From assembly GCA_002633005.1 (NCBI GenBank), contig NMRA01000918.1, positions 27,999 through 91,998 on the forward strand: DNA of 64,000 nt, written 5' to 3'. The notes beneath the pieces are model-generated. The model saw only the letters and a list, made by a program, of their open reading frames with translations, was not told the DNA's origin and made no database searches. Position 1 is the stretch's first letter; the number at the start of each line of letters is the position of its first letter. The translations under genes were made by a program, and so were the position numbers. Positions 48,801 to 61,245 of the stretch are shown piece after piece. This DNA is from Phoronis australis. Lineage: Eukaryota; Animalia; Phoronida.

Positions 48801-51800
48801 TAGACCATGGCATTCTTCTGAGTGGCCATATGGTAACCTGCAGCTAATGCCACTGCACTGCCCTCATTGGCGGTAATCACGTGGTTACTCTCGGGGGCAT
48901 TGGCTGTCACGTAGGCACAGAAATCTGAAAGGAAGGACATTCAGCGAACGTGTCACGTGCAGTTTCAACTAATAACTAAGAAAAAGTCGTGGCCAAAACA
49001 TATGAATTCAGCACCTTCAGATTACATAGGCGAATTTATCATTTTCAGGGCTTACACAGACACAATCCCTTTAAAAATAATGTTTGTGATCTCCCCTAAC
49101 GACATCCTAGATCAGCCACTAGGTTAATGCCCACAATTAGCCAAAACCTCATCTCCACATTTTCAGCACTTTCACTTTTGAACATCTAGTGTTAATGTTG
49201 TATTGGCTCAATACATACACCCGCTTCCTTTACTAAAAGTCGTGGGTTCGAGCACCACTGCGGCACACTGCTAGACCTCTGAGTCACATCCCTAGCTCCT
49301 CAGGTTGGGGCACACTGCTAGACCTCTGAGTCACATCCCTAGCTCCTCAGCTCGACTTTTAACTATTATATTAATAAGCATAAAGGTTCCAGGTAATTAG
49401 AGCAGTTGGACTATCTGAGTGGTCTGAGCAGGTCTGGTACAACGTGATTTAATAAAAAAAATAATTGCAGGCAGTCTGATACACGTTGTATCAGACGTGC
49501 GCAGGCCTCGAATGTGGGCCCATTGCACTGATCACCTGGAAATATTTTATGCTTTATTAATATATGGTTAAAACCGAGCTGAGGAGCTAGAAACCTGGCT
49601 CAAGGGTTTAGCAGTGTGACCTGGTAGGACTCGAACCCACGACCTCGAGTAAAGAAATCGGGCACTTATCAACCAGGCCACACTGCCTCCTCCAAGGTAC
49701 AACGTGAACCACACCGCCTATTTTTTTAATACATGCACCCTGAGCGTTAATCCTGACCTATAGACTACGTAGTCGCACAGCATTATAACATCCCACTCAC
49801 CAAGTCCTCCAGCCAACTGTACTGCGTACAAGTTGACTTGGTTATAGTCAAAATTAGCTACAATGAATATTTCGTTACTAGTGACGGGAGGGAGGGTACA
49901 ATTACCTTTAAGTAGCGAGTCGGGGACTCCGGTGAAGAAGTCAATCCCTGTATTAAGAACCGCTTGGTAGAACTGAGCGGGGTCAAGAAAGTCACGCATC
50001 AACTCCGTCATCTGCCCGGCATCCTTATTGCGCTCAAGCTGTTGTTGCAGTTGCTAAAATTTCGAGAAATCATCAGTCAGTACGTTTCTAGTGTAGCAGA
50101 AATGCCATAGCGGCAAAATAATAAAAAATGGTTTCCAAAAAAATGTTTTCCAAAAAAATGTTTTCCAAAAAAATGTTTTCAAAAAAATGTGTTGCCTGAG
50201 AATCGGCTTTAAGACTGCAATCAGAGACAGACAACACAACCTTAATATTAGATCTAAGATTTGAATCCGACCAGCAAAATGAAAACAGAAAGATGAGAAG
50301 ATAATGATTAGATATTTCTATTGCTACTAAGTAACATCGAAATGCTGAAATTGTGAACATATTATCAGCGATCATCAGTTGAGATAATGCATGCATAGCT
50401 CAGGACTTCCAATGGAAATTTCTTCTAATATTTCATGAAATTCACCGTAAATGGCAGAAGTTTTCGAAAGTCAATATTGACTGCTTCTTCCTTCAACATC
50501 GGCTTCCAAAAACTTCTATTGTTTAAGGTAAATTTCCTGAATTATTAGAAGAAATTTTTACTATAATCTCTTCGTGAAATCCTAATGAAACTGTTTAGTG
50601 TCTGTAGGCCTCACTAATCAAAAATCAGCAATAGCCTCCCTACAATAATCATAGCCTTATACCATGGCCACTAGCTGAGAGAGATCTGCAATTTGTCAGA
50701 ACGTGAGCAACAAACTGCGTGAAAATATCGTCAAGCACCAAAAATGTTGATGCCAAAACAGAGACCGTGTAACTATTTGAAAGCCATTTAAATGAACGGA
50801 AAGACATAAGAGAAGATTAATATTTTATATGGCCTGCAGAAAAACTGACGCAAGTAGAAAATGAGAGAAAAGACTTCAACAGGCAAAAACAGTCCATTCA
50901 ATGACAGAAAACAAAACTTAATAAACATTTGCAGGGTAATGTGAAAACCACCACTAAGTAAGAAACCTGACACTAAGTTCAGTTGGTGGTTGCAGACCTT
51001 ATGATAGTATTGTTTACACACAAGCCTTCACTATTTACACAGGAGCTTGTATTGTTTACAATAAAGAAGCTTAGTGTAAACACAGCTTACACTCCAGAAG
51101 AGAAGTTTTTAAAAGTTAATATTCATGAACAATCACTCAGTGATAATCTGCTTTTTCTCTTTGTGCTTTGAAGATGTTCAATCTGACCTAACCAGGCGAC
51201 TAACACTTACTTCATTTTGCTTATTTCATAAAATGGCCGACGGGTTAATGCAGTGACTTCATTGTTCTGTTTTGCTTAATTACTCACTGTAGTTTGATGA
51301 TGGTAGCATCACCTACCATTAACTACCGAAGCTGATAAGAATGATTCAATTAACTTTGCAGTTTTCATCGACCCTGCACTCATACCAGAGTTAAGTTAGT
51401 GTGAAAGGGCCTAAAGACAACTTCTCCCATAACTAAAGCACTTATGAACCAAAAACATAGCATCTCACTGAGTGATTGTTGGAAGATTTCACTGGAACTT
51501 GTCAACAGTGATGCCACTGGAATCCGAGACTTTAAGTCGTGTGTATAAGGTATACTCAATTCAACCAAGAACATACAGAGTAAGGTGGAACTATTCAGGT
51601 ATTTAAACAAATCCTCATGTCTCATGTCGTTTGATCAGCCAAACCAACGTACTCACATGCATCATGCCATAGTGTGTCCATAAAGGTGGAAGACATCCAC
51701 AGTAGGGGTTGAAATGTGCAGTCAACAGTCAGTAACATGAGTAAATATTTCAGATTTTAAACTCAAGGTATTTTTTTTCCACCCATGAACATTTGCAATT

Positions 51801-54800
51801 TTTAATTCCAATTTGCAACTACTGATAAAAATTGTGAGACTGGAGAGCTGAAGTCTTTTTATAATGCCATAATAATTACACTTCAACAAACCTCAGCAGA
51901 TTTATTCATGATTGAAACACGTTGAAAAACGAAATCGAGTTGAACTCATCATGTTAGCAGTTAATGTTCAGTAATTTTTAACTGAATGACTTGTCTCATG
52001 TTTTCACAAGTTTAGCCCAGTACATATAGCTGTTTTAAAAAGTGAAAATTTGCAACATTCAACTTCAGCAGTCACTTGATGTTATGTGTAATGCAGGTGC
52101 ATTTGGTCAGAAAACCAGAGACTACATTTTAAATCCTATTTTAAATTCTGTGAAAAATGCTGTCCAGTTTAGATGGCATCATTTGCGAACCTATTTTGGC
52201 TAAGATTTCAGTAAATTTCTTAGTGAAAAAGGTTCCTCTCAATCAAGACAGTCAATGTGGCTTCAATTCAATTTCATCACACCCTGAATGGTAATCAGCA
52301 GCTCAGACTGTTCATAATAGTTACTAACACCATCACAGACACAATGACACGGGTGAAATATGAGTATAAAACAGATTTAACTCACTGAACCAAGACGCCA
52401 TGTGGTAAAAAATAGCAGTCATTAACCTACATGATTTTTTAACAAATCTAATAAAATGTGTAAAATTGTATCCACACTTTTCATTTTTACCCTCCAATGC
52501 AACATTTAAGCACCAAATACGATTTTATCATTATTAACAGCATTGGGGACTCATTGCTTGATAAAGAATCTTGTGTTATTTTTACCGAGTTTGAGAAAAT
52601 TCAGAACAGGTTAAATGTAAGCGTGAGTAAAACATGATTTATCACTACGGATGTTAGTGAAATATAGCACTTGAACGCTTAGGTTCATGATGGCGACATC
52701 CCGTTGCTCCCAACTTGTTCGATTCTATAGCCCGTTGGAAAGTTTTATTGGCTAGTGCACTGGGAACATCCCCAGCTAACACTCTACAAATTTAATATAA
52801 AGCCACTTATAGACACATTGGGTTGCATAACCTCTGCAAGACGGCATTAGGCTTAGAGCGACACTGTTTATGCATACCACAGCAAGGCCGCAACATAACA
52901 AATTCATGTGACAAAAAAATATTCATTTGCCAAAAACGTGTTCAACAGAAAAATCCTCACATTATTAACAGCACATCACAATAGTATGCCATGGATAGAG
53001 ACTGGACTACATTTTTGACAGCATTGCAGCTAGAAAATTAGGATGCCACAAATTTAGAGAGTGAACTGCTGTGTTCAAAGGAATCAATGGCTATAACCCT
53101 TACCTTACATTACCCTCACAGAGGATTATAAGACCCCTTCAATTAGAGTTATTAAAACCGGTATTACAATTTTCAGAGGAGTAATGAACAGATGTTCAAA
53201 TTGCTTTTGAAAGTTATTGCTTCGATGTGAACAGCTGAGTGATAAACCCACTGAGGCTGAAATGTTGCACAAACAGATGACATGTTGTCAAAAATGAGTA
53301 GGTCTTTTCCACAAAAGTTTTAAAATATAGACAATACGAAAAACTTTTCTGTACATTTGTGTACTTGGAAAAAAGAAAACCTTTTGTAGAGTTTCCAACT
53401 CCCAAAGTGAACTCTTTTGACACCCTTCTGAAGGGCGCAGCACATTGACTTTCATCTATGAGTATACCCCTAAGAGGCAGCAAAGAAGATCATAATGTAT
53501 TGACAATATTGTCTGTCTCATTGTTAAGGGGACCACACCCATATGCAGCCTAGTATTACAGGAATTATGATACACAATGAGTGGTTTTCTATGAAGCATT
53601 GTTACTAGACTTCCACAACACAAAGCTCAGGTGCACATTAAAAGGGAGTGCCTTGACCATAATAGAATACTGTCCCTGGCTGGGCGTAGCCAACACCTAG
53701 CTGGGTGCACATCTACAGTGGAGGGACCTGGACTTATATCTCTTTAGTATTGTGAGCATGAACACAACATATGGTTGATGCAATTACTAATTATAGTGAG
53801 CCACAGGGACAAGGTTGACAAAAGCAAAGAGTGATTTCTTTCACTTGAAGATGTTTGTACTGATTTAGACTGGAGCGGCTACAAACCAACTTTCTGTCCA
53901 AGAAGTAACTCCTCATTTGGTCTCAACTTGTTTTTAGTCAGATAAGAAGTAATTTCTGAGTATGTGAAAACCTACCAGTACGTCATTCATTAAGATCATC
54001 TTCAGAGCATAAAATGTCACATCATGACAACCCTGGTCTCAAGCAATAACAAACAGTCTGTTATCATGTCAAAGCACTGAAATCACCAAATTTGACTAAA
54101 GAAAAATCTGATACCAATTTTATGACTGCAAGTGGTCTAAGGCAAAAACTGATTCTTGTGACGTAAAGTCAGTTTGTAGCAGCTTTGAACTTTTACGAGA
54201 TCAAATGAGTTCCTAAAATTAAACTTTTGTGAGATTAAATGAGTTCCTAAAATTAAACTTTTAGTGATAACTCGGACAGCAATATCTTTTAGGTATGAAA
54301 ATGACCTAGAAATCACTGTGACAACGAAAATGTGGTATCCTAAAGTACCGACAGTACTTAGTTGATGTCATAACATTCAATTAAATTCTTTCAAAAGATG
54401 ACGAGACTCGGTGGTTTTGGTATTTTTAAGTCCAAAAAGATGTGAATGTTTCAGTATGCAGGTATCATTTAAGAAAAACGTGGGTATGAGTGAATTGACC
54501 CAAATGGCTATAGGTCAATTTGGAGGCCCTATGAGCCATCTTAGTTCTTTCGTTCTTTTACGCGTCCAATTTTAATGGACCCGTTGGTCCAGGTTAAGCA
54601 ATCGCAGTGCGTCAATGAAGTTACTATCGTGCCACAGACACAGAGCGAACTCCTAAAATTATCCCTGGGTAAGCCACCAATCACAAGTCAATGAAAATAT
54701 GGTGGCCCAAAAATTTTATTTTTTATCATAATATTCAATTTTCTTCATATGATTTATGTATTAGATTCACTCAGCAGAGAGAACTGACTCAGTAGCTTCA

Positions 54801-57800
54801 TTTTTCAAGTCCACATACATGGCAACACGTATGCAAAACACTTTGTCTAATATTCACGCAAATCGACGTGACGAACCGCAACGCAGTTACTAATCAAGAC
54901 GACATGAGACATGAGGTTTGTGCCTGGCAGTGAAATAATATATAAAACCTGTTCGGGAGTCAGCTGCTGCAGTCAATTCAGGACATGAGAGCATCGGGTC
55001 ACGTGACGGTTAAACGATTGACCAATCGATAACAACCAGCCAGCCAGCAGGCGAATCACGAGTCAACAACGTGTGACCATTGTGAGAGGTGGGGATGTGC
55101 ATATAAAATGCAGGTCACATTTGAAAAAGAGAAAACCTTCATTTGCGGCGTCATACACACCAAAGTGCCTAGCTTTACTGATGGAAATCTTAGGCGCATT
55201 CCTTAGAAATAGCCAGGACAGCATAAGACCAAGCAAACCCACGAAGCGTTTTATTTGAACCTTCATTAAATGGAACGTAATGACTACACTAGCAAGAGGG
55301 CAGCCCACAATTTCAATGTCCCTGAATCAGTATAGCTAGGCAAACAATATAAAAATCCATATCACACTGAAAACAAATAATTAGCATGTACGATTTAGTC
55401 AAAACAATATGCACTACAGTGTAATGCCGTAGTTACGGTACTACAAGGGAGTATCAGTGCAATACAAAGCAAAAACTGTCAACGAGGCCACACAATGCCA
55501 ACAAACAGTCAGTACTTATCATGTACCTTCCTTATCCGTCCCCATTAACTCCCACACTGTTCAATTAAAATACCGAAAATCAGCGGCTGAGTGTAAAGCC
55601 GAACGTGGGTGCCAACCAGGACTGAAAAGGAATGCTCCTTTGAAAAGGGTGCTTTCAATCTATGATAGCCACAGATTTACTCATTTGGAAGATGTTAATA
55701 AATAGAAGCATGGCGTGAACTTTGGTTCGTTAGAATTTCATATTAAAAATCATAAGATTGCTCTGGATAGACAAAGACAGTCACAGGAGCCAGAGCTATA
55801 AACAGTCACGTAGATAAAACCAAGCATTTTAGAAAACGTGAAAACAACTACAAAAAAATACAATGGACGTTAAAAAGCATACAGTTTTAACTTCTGTCAC
55901 AACAACTCGCTAGCAACTAATAGCATTTGTATCAAATACAATGTAACTAAATTTTGAGAACCAGTTATCTCTATTGAATAATGGGCATAAAACTGGTTCT
56001 CAAAATATGGGCCGTACATCATGTCAATTTCAACAAGAGCAACGCAGAGCGTTGAAATGTGCCCACAATTGCACCGCATACGGTATCCTTCTAGGGTTGT
56101 TTATTGGTACCATAAAGTGGCCAGTAGAGGGCATATATGTAGTATGTTGTACTTAGCAAAATGGAAAGGCATGGTCATTGTCTCCTCAATAGGCTAGGGG
56201 CAAAATGTGAGTGATCTTCATAATACAAGCNNNNNNNNNNNNNNNNNNNNNNNNNNNNNNNNNNNNNNNNNNNNNNNNNNNNNNNNNNNNNNNNNNNNNN
56301 NNNNNNNNNNNNNNNNNNNNNNNNNNNNNNNNNNNNNNNNNNNNNNNNNNNNNNNNNNNNNNNNNNNNNNNNNNNNNNNNNNNNNNNNNNNNNNNNNNNN
56401 NNNNNNNNNNNNNNNNNNNNNNNNNNNNNNNNNNNNNNNNNNNNNNNNNNNNNNNNNNNNNNNNNNNNNNNNNNNNNNNNNNNNNNNNNNNNNNNNNNNN
56501 NNNNNNNNNNNNNNNNNNNNNNNNNNNNNNNNNNNNNNNNNNNNNNNNNNNNNNNNNNNNNNNNNNNNNNNNNNNNNNNNNNNNNNNNNNNNATATAAAT
56601 ACACTTATTAAATTTCGTGAAGATCCTACGAACGGTTTAGGAGATACAGCCACAGGCGCAAAAAAAAACTGCCACTAGGAGGCACTACAGTAGTGCAAAT
56701 CGTCTGAAAATCATCGTCAACCGTCCTCTACATAGTAAGCATATACATGCCAATTTTCACAATCATCCTTCGAGCGGTTTGGTTGATAGAGGGGTGGACG
56801 CACAAAAACAGACTCGAAAACACTAAAAATGGCCACTAGGTGGCGCAAACTATGTCGAATCCATCTGAAAATGGCAGGATAGCGTCATCTCACTAATAGG
56901 TGCCTACACACCAAATTTCATGAAAATCCGTTCAGGACTTTTGAAGATACAAAGGCAAGCGTAAAAAAAATTAAAATTGCCACTAGGGGGCACACCGGTA
57001 GACGGATCCGTCCAAAAGTCGTCATCTTCCGTTGCTAACATCATATAAATATACTTACACAATTTCGTAATGATCCTGCGAACGGTTTAGGAGATACAGC
57101 CATAGGCGCAAAAAAAACAAAACTGCCACTAGGAGGCGCCACAGTGGTCGACAGTGGGGGCACACCGGTAGTCGGATCCGTCCGAAAGTTCGCATATGCC
57201 GTCCCATTCATGAATGGAACATATGTGCCAAATTTCATGAACGTATGTCAAAGGGTTTTGGAGATAAAGCAGCGGACGCCGGATGCCGGACGGACGCCGC
57301 CCGGACGGACGGACGGACGGAGATGACGGCATAATGCGTCCACATATAAATATGTGGGCGCATAAAAATGTCTATAAATCAAGCATAACTACTGCACATT
57401 TTCATGACACTAGACATCGGTGATTATGGAACAATTTGGATTAGGATATCAGTAATTGTCCATTTACTTCATACAGACATGACACGGGAATAATAATAAT
57501 AGTAATAATAATAACAAAAATAATAATTGGACAGCGGGAATAGCATCTACAGTCCTTTCCAAGACTATTCTCGGCCAGATGCTTTGCAAAGTCAGGTCAG
57601 TACCATAAAACATCAAAGGAATTCTGGCCTAATGATAAGGGGATTTCAACAACTCCTTGGTTTGAAAGTAGAGCGCCTATGATTACTTCCATACCAATAA
57701 GTTTAATGTATCTTGTAAGTAATAAAAATGATTCCCAAAAAGTTGTCATTTTTTCCATTCTCTACTTTGCTATAAATAGTGGAAACTTTACCAAATGCTA

Positions 57801-59495
57801 TGTACACAGCTTGGACTAGAATTTTCTTTTATTTTTGTGGAGAAATTGGACAAAATACAACTTCACTTGTCAGCCGTTATGTGTGCTAAATAAAAGAATT
57901 GCAGGTATGGTATTTATACAACAAATTGTTTGGTCATTGATAACTGTGCAGCCTATAGCAACAGCTGACTATTACGTGTGCAGATTGACAATGCCAAATA
58001 TAACATTGAAAAGACTAGGTAAATATTAGATCAATACTTCTGCCTGGAACTCAATCTCACTGTTTAACTTCTAATATACCAACTGAAACTGCTCAATGAA
58101 GTTTGAGAACGTTTGGATGCTGAATGGATGCTATTTAAACTTAAGTGCAACTGACACCACACGTGACAACTTACTCCACCTTATCGAGGGGGGGCAACTT
58201 GTTCTAGGGTAACTTGCACCACTTTTAATCGCTGTGTTGCCACATACCTGGGGCAAGGCGATAGTAATTGTCAGCAGTGGTTACATACTGCCTTCCTTAC
58301 AGCACTGTATTCTCATCAGCTGTACATTGTCACGCACAGAGTGACAACTTCCGCCTTAGCCCAGTTATAGAATCTGTGTGTGTGTGTGTGTGTGTGGACA
58401 CTCCACTTAAAAGTGGGGTAAGTTGCACAAATGAAAGCTATTCCAGGGTTGGCTGTTTGTGGACGGGATTTTATAGTGCGGAATGAGCAAATGCCTAGCG
58501 CGACTATGAACGGCATTTATCATATTTTGATGTGTTTCGTCAAAAAGTGACATTAACATTCAAACTTTAACAGTTGTTAATTAAAGCACAACCCCCTCCC
58601 TAATTCACCAATATTTTCCCACAGTGCTGCGCATTGCCTGGACACTGCTCCGGCTAATGCCACGTTCGTATCATTATCTTATGTCAAAATTAGTATGGTA
58701 AATCTTAGTAATTAACTAGGCAATGTAGCCAACAAATGAAATTCAATTTTCTTCACTTTTCATGAAAGGTAAATACCACCACATAAATGTTTTATCATTA
58801 CCATATCTAAAACCAGACAATGAGTTTGAGTTAGAAGTCCAGACATGAAACACGAAAAATTTTGGCGACTATTTCTGTCCGAATTTTTTTCCAAACACAA
58901 TCTATTTTCTTTCCAGTGATGAGATCAAAACTGGAGTCCACAGCAATGAACAGAGAAAAAATTAACTTATGATAGAGCCTTAACAGATTATCAATGACCT
59001 TTGACTTGCTAGCACTAGTAGAGACACCTGGACATAGACATCAAACTTGAGATACTTCAAAAGCACTGGTGGGCCTATTTACGCTATCAAAGTTATCAAA
59101 AGATGGCATGACAGTTTGCTAAGTTATTGCAAGATAGCGCGATGGTTATATCTGTGTTCAAGAAAAAGCCTGAAAATGGATTACATGTATCGAAGATTCT
59201 AAACTCGAAATTTATTGACTTTGTGCTTGAACACATGATTTGAGAATCACTAATCAGTCTTCGCACAAGAAGTCAACTGCATTTACTTGTGAACTTTTTC
59301 TTGAACACCATATGAGCTAGCCAAGTGTGGTCTCATCTAACAACGTTGGCGTTATTAAAAATCATAAACACTCACCACTCCTTCGTTACGGTTGGCACTA
59401 CTCGTCGAGAAATGGCGACAACCTCTCACCACGGCGCCATCTGTCGTTTTGAAGAGACTAACGAGAGATCGAAGAAATGAACTACGAGTGGCCAT
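36708..59495 (-). CDS. ppd: Phosphonopyruvate decarboxylase (ThDP-dependent, EC 4.1.1.82), whole spliced gene, 9 coding exons, about 438 aa
   Basis: Phase-consistent GT-AG exons give [80 protein letters not shown], the ThDP motif CLDGDGA...[14 protein letters not shown], and DLGRP. All are typical of Ppd/AepY enzymes. Confidence 0.93.
37407..37604 (-). CDS. ppd: Ppd exon 8 (ThDP/Mg-binding GDG...NN motif)
   Basis: ctgcag and gtgagg sites; [15 protein letters not shown]...[14 protein letters not shown]. Confidence 0.95.
38693..38798 (-). CDS. ppd: Ppd exon 7 ([27 protein letters not shown]...PTRQ)
   Basis: ttacag and gtgagc sites; GSMG motif. Confidence 0.94.
39740..39850 (-). CDS. ppd: Ppd exon 6 ([16 protein letters not shown]...[12 protein letters not shown])
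   Basis: tttttag acceptor, gtgtgt donor; phase 2 to 2. Confidence 0.9.
41615..41721 (-). other. Second copy of Ppd exon 5 (probable alternate haplotype)
   Basis: Same 107 nt except one synonymous change (ccg vs cct, Pro); lies in a block duplicated across the single N at 41737. Confidence 0.75.
42407..42513 (-). CDS. ppd: Ppd exon 5 ([35 protein letters not shown])
   Basis: tgtcag and gtaagt sites; phase 0 to 2. A second copy lies at 41615-41721. Confidence 0.88.
43873..44310 (+). mobile_element. Degenerate Helentron/HINE-like element (right end uncertain)
   Basis: Starts aacaagagcaa; two aaaatggcca..ggg.gctacag core units. Confidence 0.4.
45712..45930. repeat. Interspersed repeat, second copy at about 59535-59742
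   Basis: Shared gtggaacttgca.gctaattcc ... ttggtcaaattag ... gtgaatatgaagta.gttgaaaatt. Confidence 0.75.
46511..46608. repeat. CAT/CAC-rich microsatellite with a 24-bp higher-order unit next to the Ppd exon 4 donor
   Basis: Repeated catcaccaccatcattataagcac. Confidence 0.8.
46628..46843 (-). CDS. ppd: Ppd exon 4 ([10 protein letters not shown]...[14 protein letters not shown]...GAEQ)
   Basis: ttgcag and gtgagt sites; phase 0 to 0. Confidence 0.95.
48189..48708. mobile_element. 520-bp non-autonomous TIR transposon (hAT-like termini)
   Basis: Perfect 13-bp TIR cagggcttggaat / attccaagccctg; multiple subterminal gcggaa motifs; TSD ambiguous (catgat / cataat). Confidence 0.75.
48794..48924 (-). 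CDS. ppd: Ppd exon 3 (DFCAYVT...[13 protein letters not shown]...VYLQ)
   Basis: tttcag and gtgagt sites; conserved Glu in NEG. Confidence 0.94.
49204..49680. mobile_element. Foldback pair of tRNA-derived SINE-like units (tail-to-tail) in Ppd intron 2
   Basis: 49204-49446 is the approximate reverse complement of 49482-49680; each outer end has A/B-box-like motifs (gggttcgag); internal 42-bp direct repeat at 49262 and 49309. Confidence 0.75.
49906..50053 (-). CDS. ppd: Ppd exon 2 ([25 protein letters not shown]...GVPDSLLK)
   Basis: ttttag and gtaatt sites; phase 0 to 1. Confidence 0.92.
50124..50190. repeat. 15-bp tandem repeat (aaaaaaatgttttcc), about 4 copies
   Basis: Seen directly. Confidence 0.8.
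54188..54262. repeat. 34-bp tandem duplication
   Basis: aactttt..gagat.aaatgagttcctaaaatta at 54188 and 54222. Confidence 0.75.
56226..57367 (+). mobile_element. Helentron/HINE (pearl-like) non-autonomous element with internal tandem repeats, spanning an assembly gap
   Basis: acaag start, repeated gccactagg.ggc and gaacggtttaggagatacagcc units, (cgga)n microsatellite, 3' hairpin tgcgtccacata/tatgtgggcgca (57335-57362), then taaaaa. Confidence 0.7.
56231..56592. other. Assembly gap (362 N)
   Basis: Run of n. Confidence 0.99.
59376..59495 (-). CDS. ppd: Ppd coding exon 1: putative mitochondrial presequence ([40 protein letters not shown])
   Basis: ttttttgtag acceptor (exon begins 59500), atcATGg start, gtgagt donor, phase 0 matches the next exon. 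Linkage across the 9.3-kb intron is inferred. Confidence 0.72.
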
Positions 59496-61245
59496 GATTC
59501 CTACAAAAAAATCGTATTTTTGACCATTAAATGACTTTAAGTGGAACTTGCAGGCTAATTCCATATTTCTGTGACTGCTTGGTCAAATTAGTTAGAAACA
59601 CAACATATAGCGACGACGTGAATATGAAGTAGGTTGAAAATTTCCAAGATATATTTTTGTGTCGAAAATGATATGCTGTAAATTCACTTGACCATGTCCA
59701 GTAAGTATTGTGACGTGGTGCTGGGGAATAACACTGCATGATGCAGGTTATACGAGTTCACATCATGCAAAAAAACAAGTAACATGCAACAAACTATGCT
59801 TCATGTGAACACAAAAAGCAGAGCTTACACTAGGTAATTCTCAATTTGCAACAGAAATAATTGCTAAAATTGACATTTGTTCTATTTTTTCAAAGCTTAT
59901 AACTTTGCTACAAATGCTCAAAATTTCACCAATATACTGTCTGTAACTTAGGAGATAGCCTGACCATAATGACCAGGATAGCAAAGTACTGAAACTTTCT
60001 TAAGATAGTTCTGAGAAAAATGCCGATGAAATTCCACAAGAGTTCATAAAGGAACACATCCTGTTGGGATTGTTTGCTAAACTGAAAATTCAGTAACTTC
60101 AAAACCTATCTGTATTCCTGTGTGTTGTCCAACAGCTTGTTATGTTCACTGAGCCCATCAGTAGACCACACGTACTTTGTCAACAAAATCAACTCACATT
60201 AACTACTACAAAATTAATCTCAAATATTTTGTGCCTAAACGGCAACCTCAATTGTCATTTTTCTACTTTAAAAGACTGATCACCAGCAAGCAATGAAAAG
60301 TTTGTCAAATGCTGTTTTATGTCATCAACTAGAAAAAAAACACATTATATGCCAAATGGGTGTTACCTCGCCTTCCATTTACCTCCAAATTTCCCAGAAA
60401 TTGAATGAAAAAAACCTACAAATGTGTTCAGTGGCAAATTCTTCATTATTTGGAGTAAAAGAACACATCACACATACAGAGTTTTATTCATTCATTAAAA
60501 TTTCAGTAGATTACACACCCTGGGCAAACGATTTGAAGATTTTTAAGATCGTGCAGACTGTTCTAACTATGGAAGAAAATATGGACACTTCATCAGCACA
60601 GCAAAATTTAAGAAATTCGAATTTTAAAACGTATGAATAAACAGAAGAATAACTGTAGTTATAACCGGCCTTCCATCACAAAAACTTATGAAACGGGTCT
60701 AAAATTGTTCATAAGTCAAAATTGTAAAGTTCTAAAAAAGTGTCAGTGCAGTACTGACTACAAATAGCCAAAAGTCAACTTTTGTCTTTAACGTTTCTCG
60801 TCTTCTGTCTAGTTGAGTAAACTCTGGATCTGTCTTTGGTCTTCCAGTTGTATACATATTTTCTGACATCCAGCTTTTTATAGCCTGTTTTCACAAAACA
60901 GGCCAAGCCATTCGTCACGGTGGACTGATTTACAATGGAAAGTAAAAAGGCAAAAGCTAATAGAATTTTCCAGAAACAGGAGTCATTACTTAAGTAATGT
61001 AGATGGCGCTTACATCTGCCACTGTATAGCAAGTTAGTCCTTTCCCTCCCAGTCAGACAGAGAAATAAGCAATTAGTGCAGACAACTAAATGCCATGCCA
61101 GCATTAGGCCAACATTAAGGTTAAATGGACTGAAACGGGAGTTATCGCCAGAAAGGTTATGTAAGGTTCCCTTCAAATGATTGGGGAGTTTAGAGTCTGC
61201 AAGGTGGAGTCCACAAGATCATGCATGATTGAGACTTGGCTATCA

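Noticed and set aside
36708-50053. Bacterial contamination or very recent horizontal transfer of ppd
   Set aside because: Eight spliceosomal introns filled with host repeats and linkage to a metazoan RIPOR gene. An ancient origin cannot be judged without a phylogeny.
56186-56678. Four long ORFs in the ORF track
   Set aside because: They are translations of the N gap.
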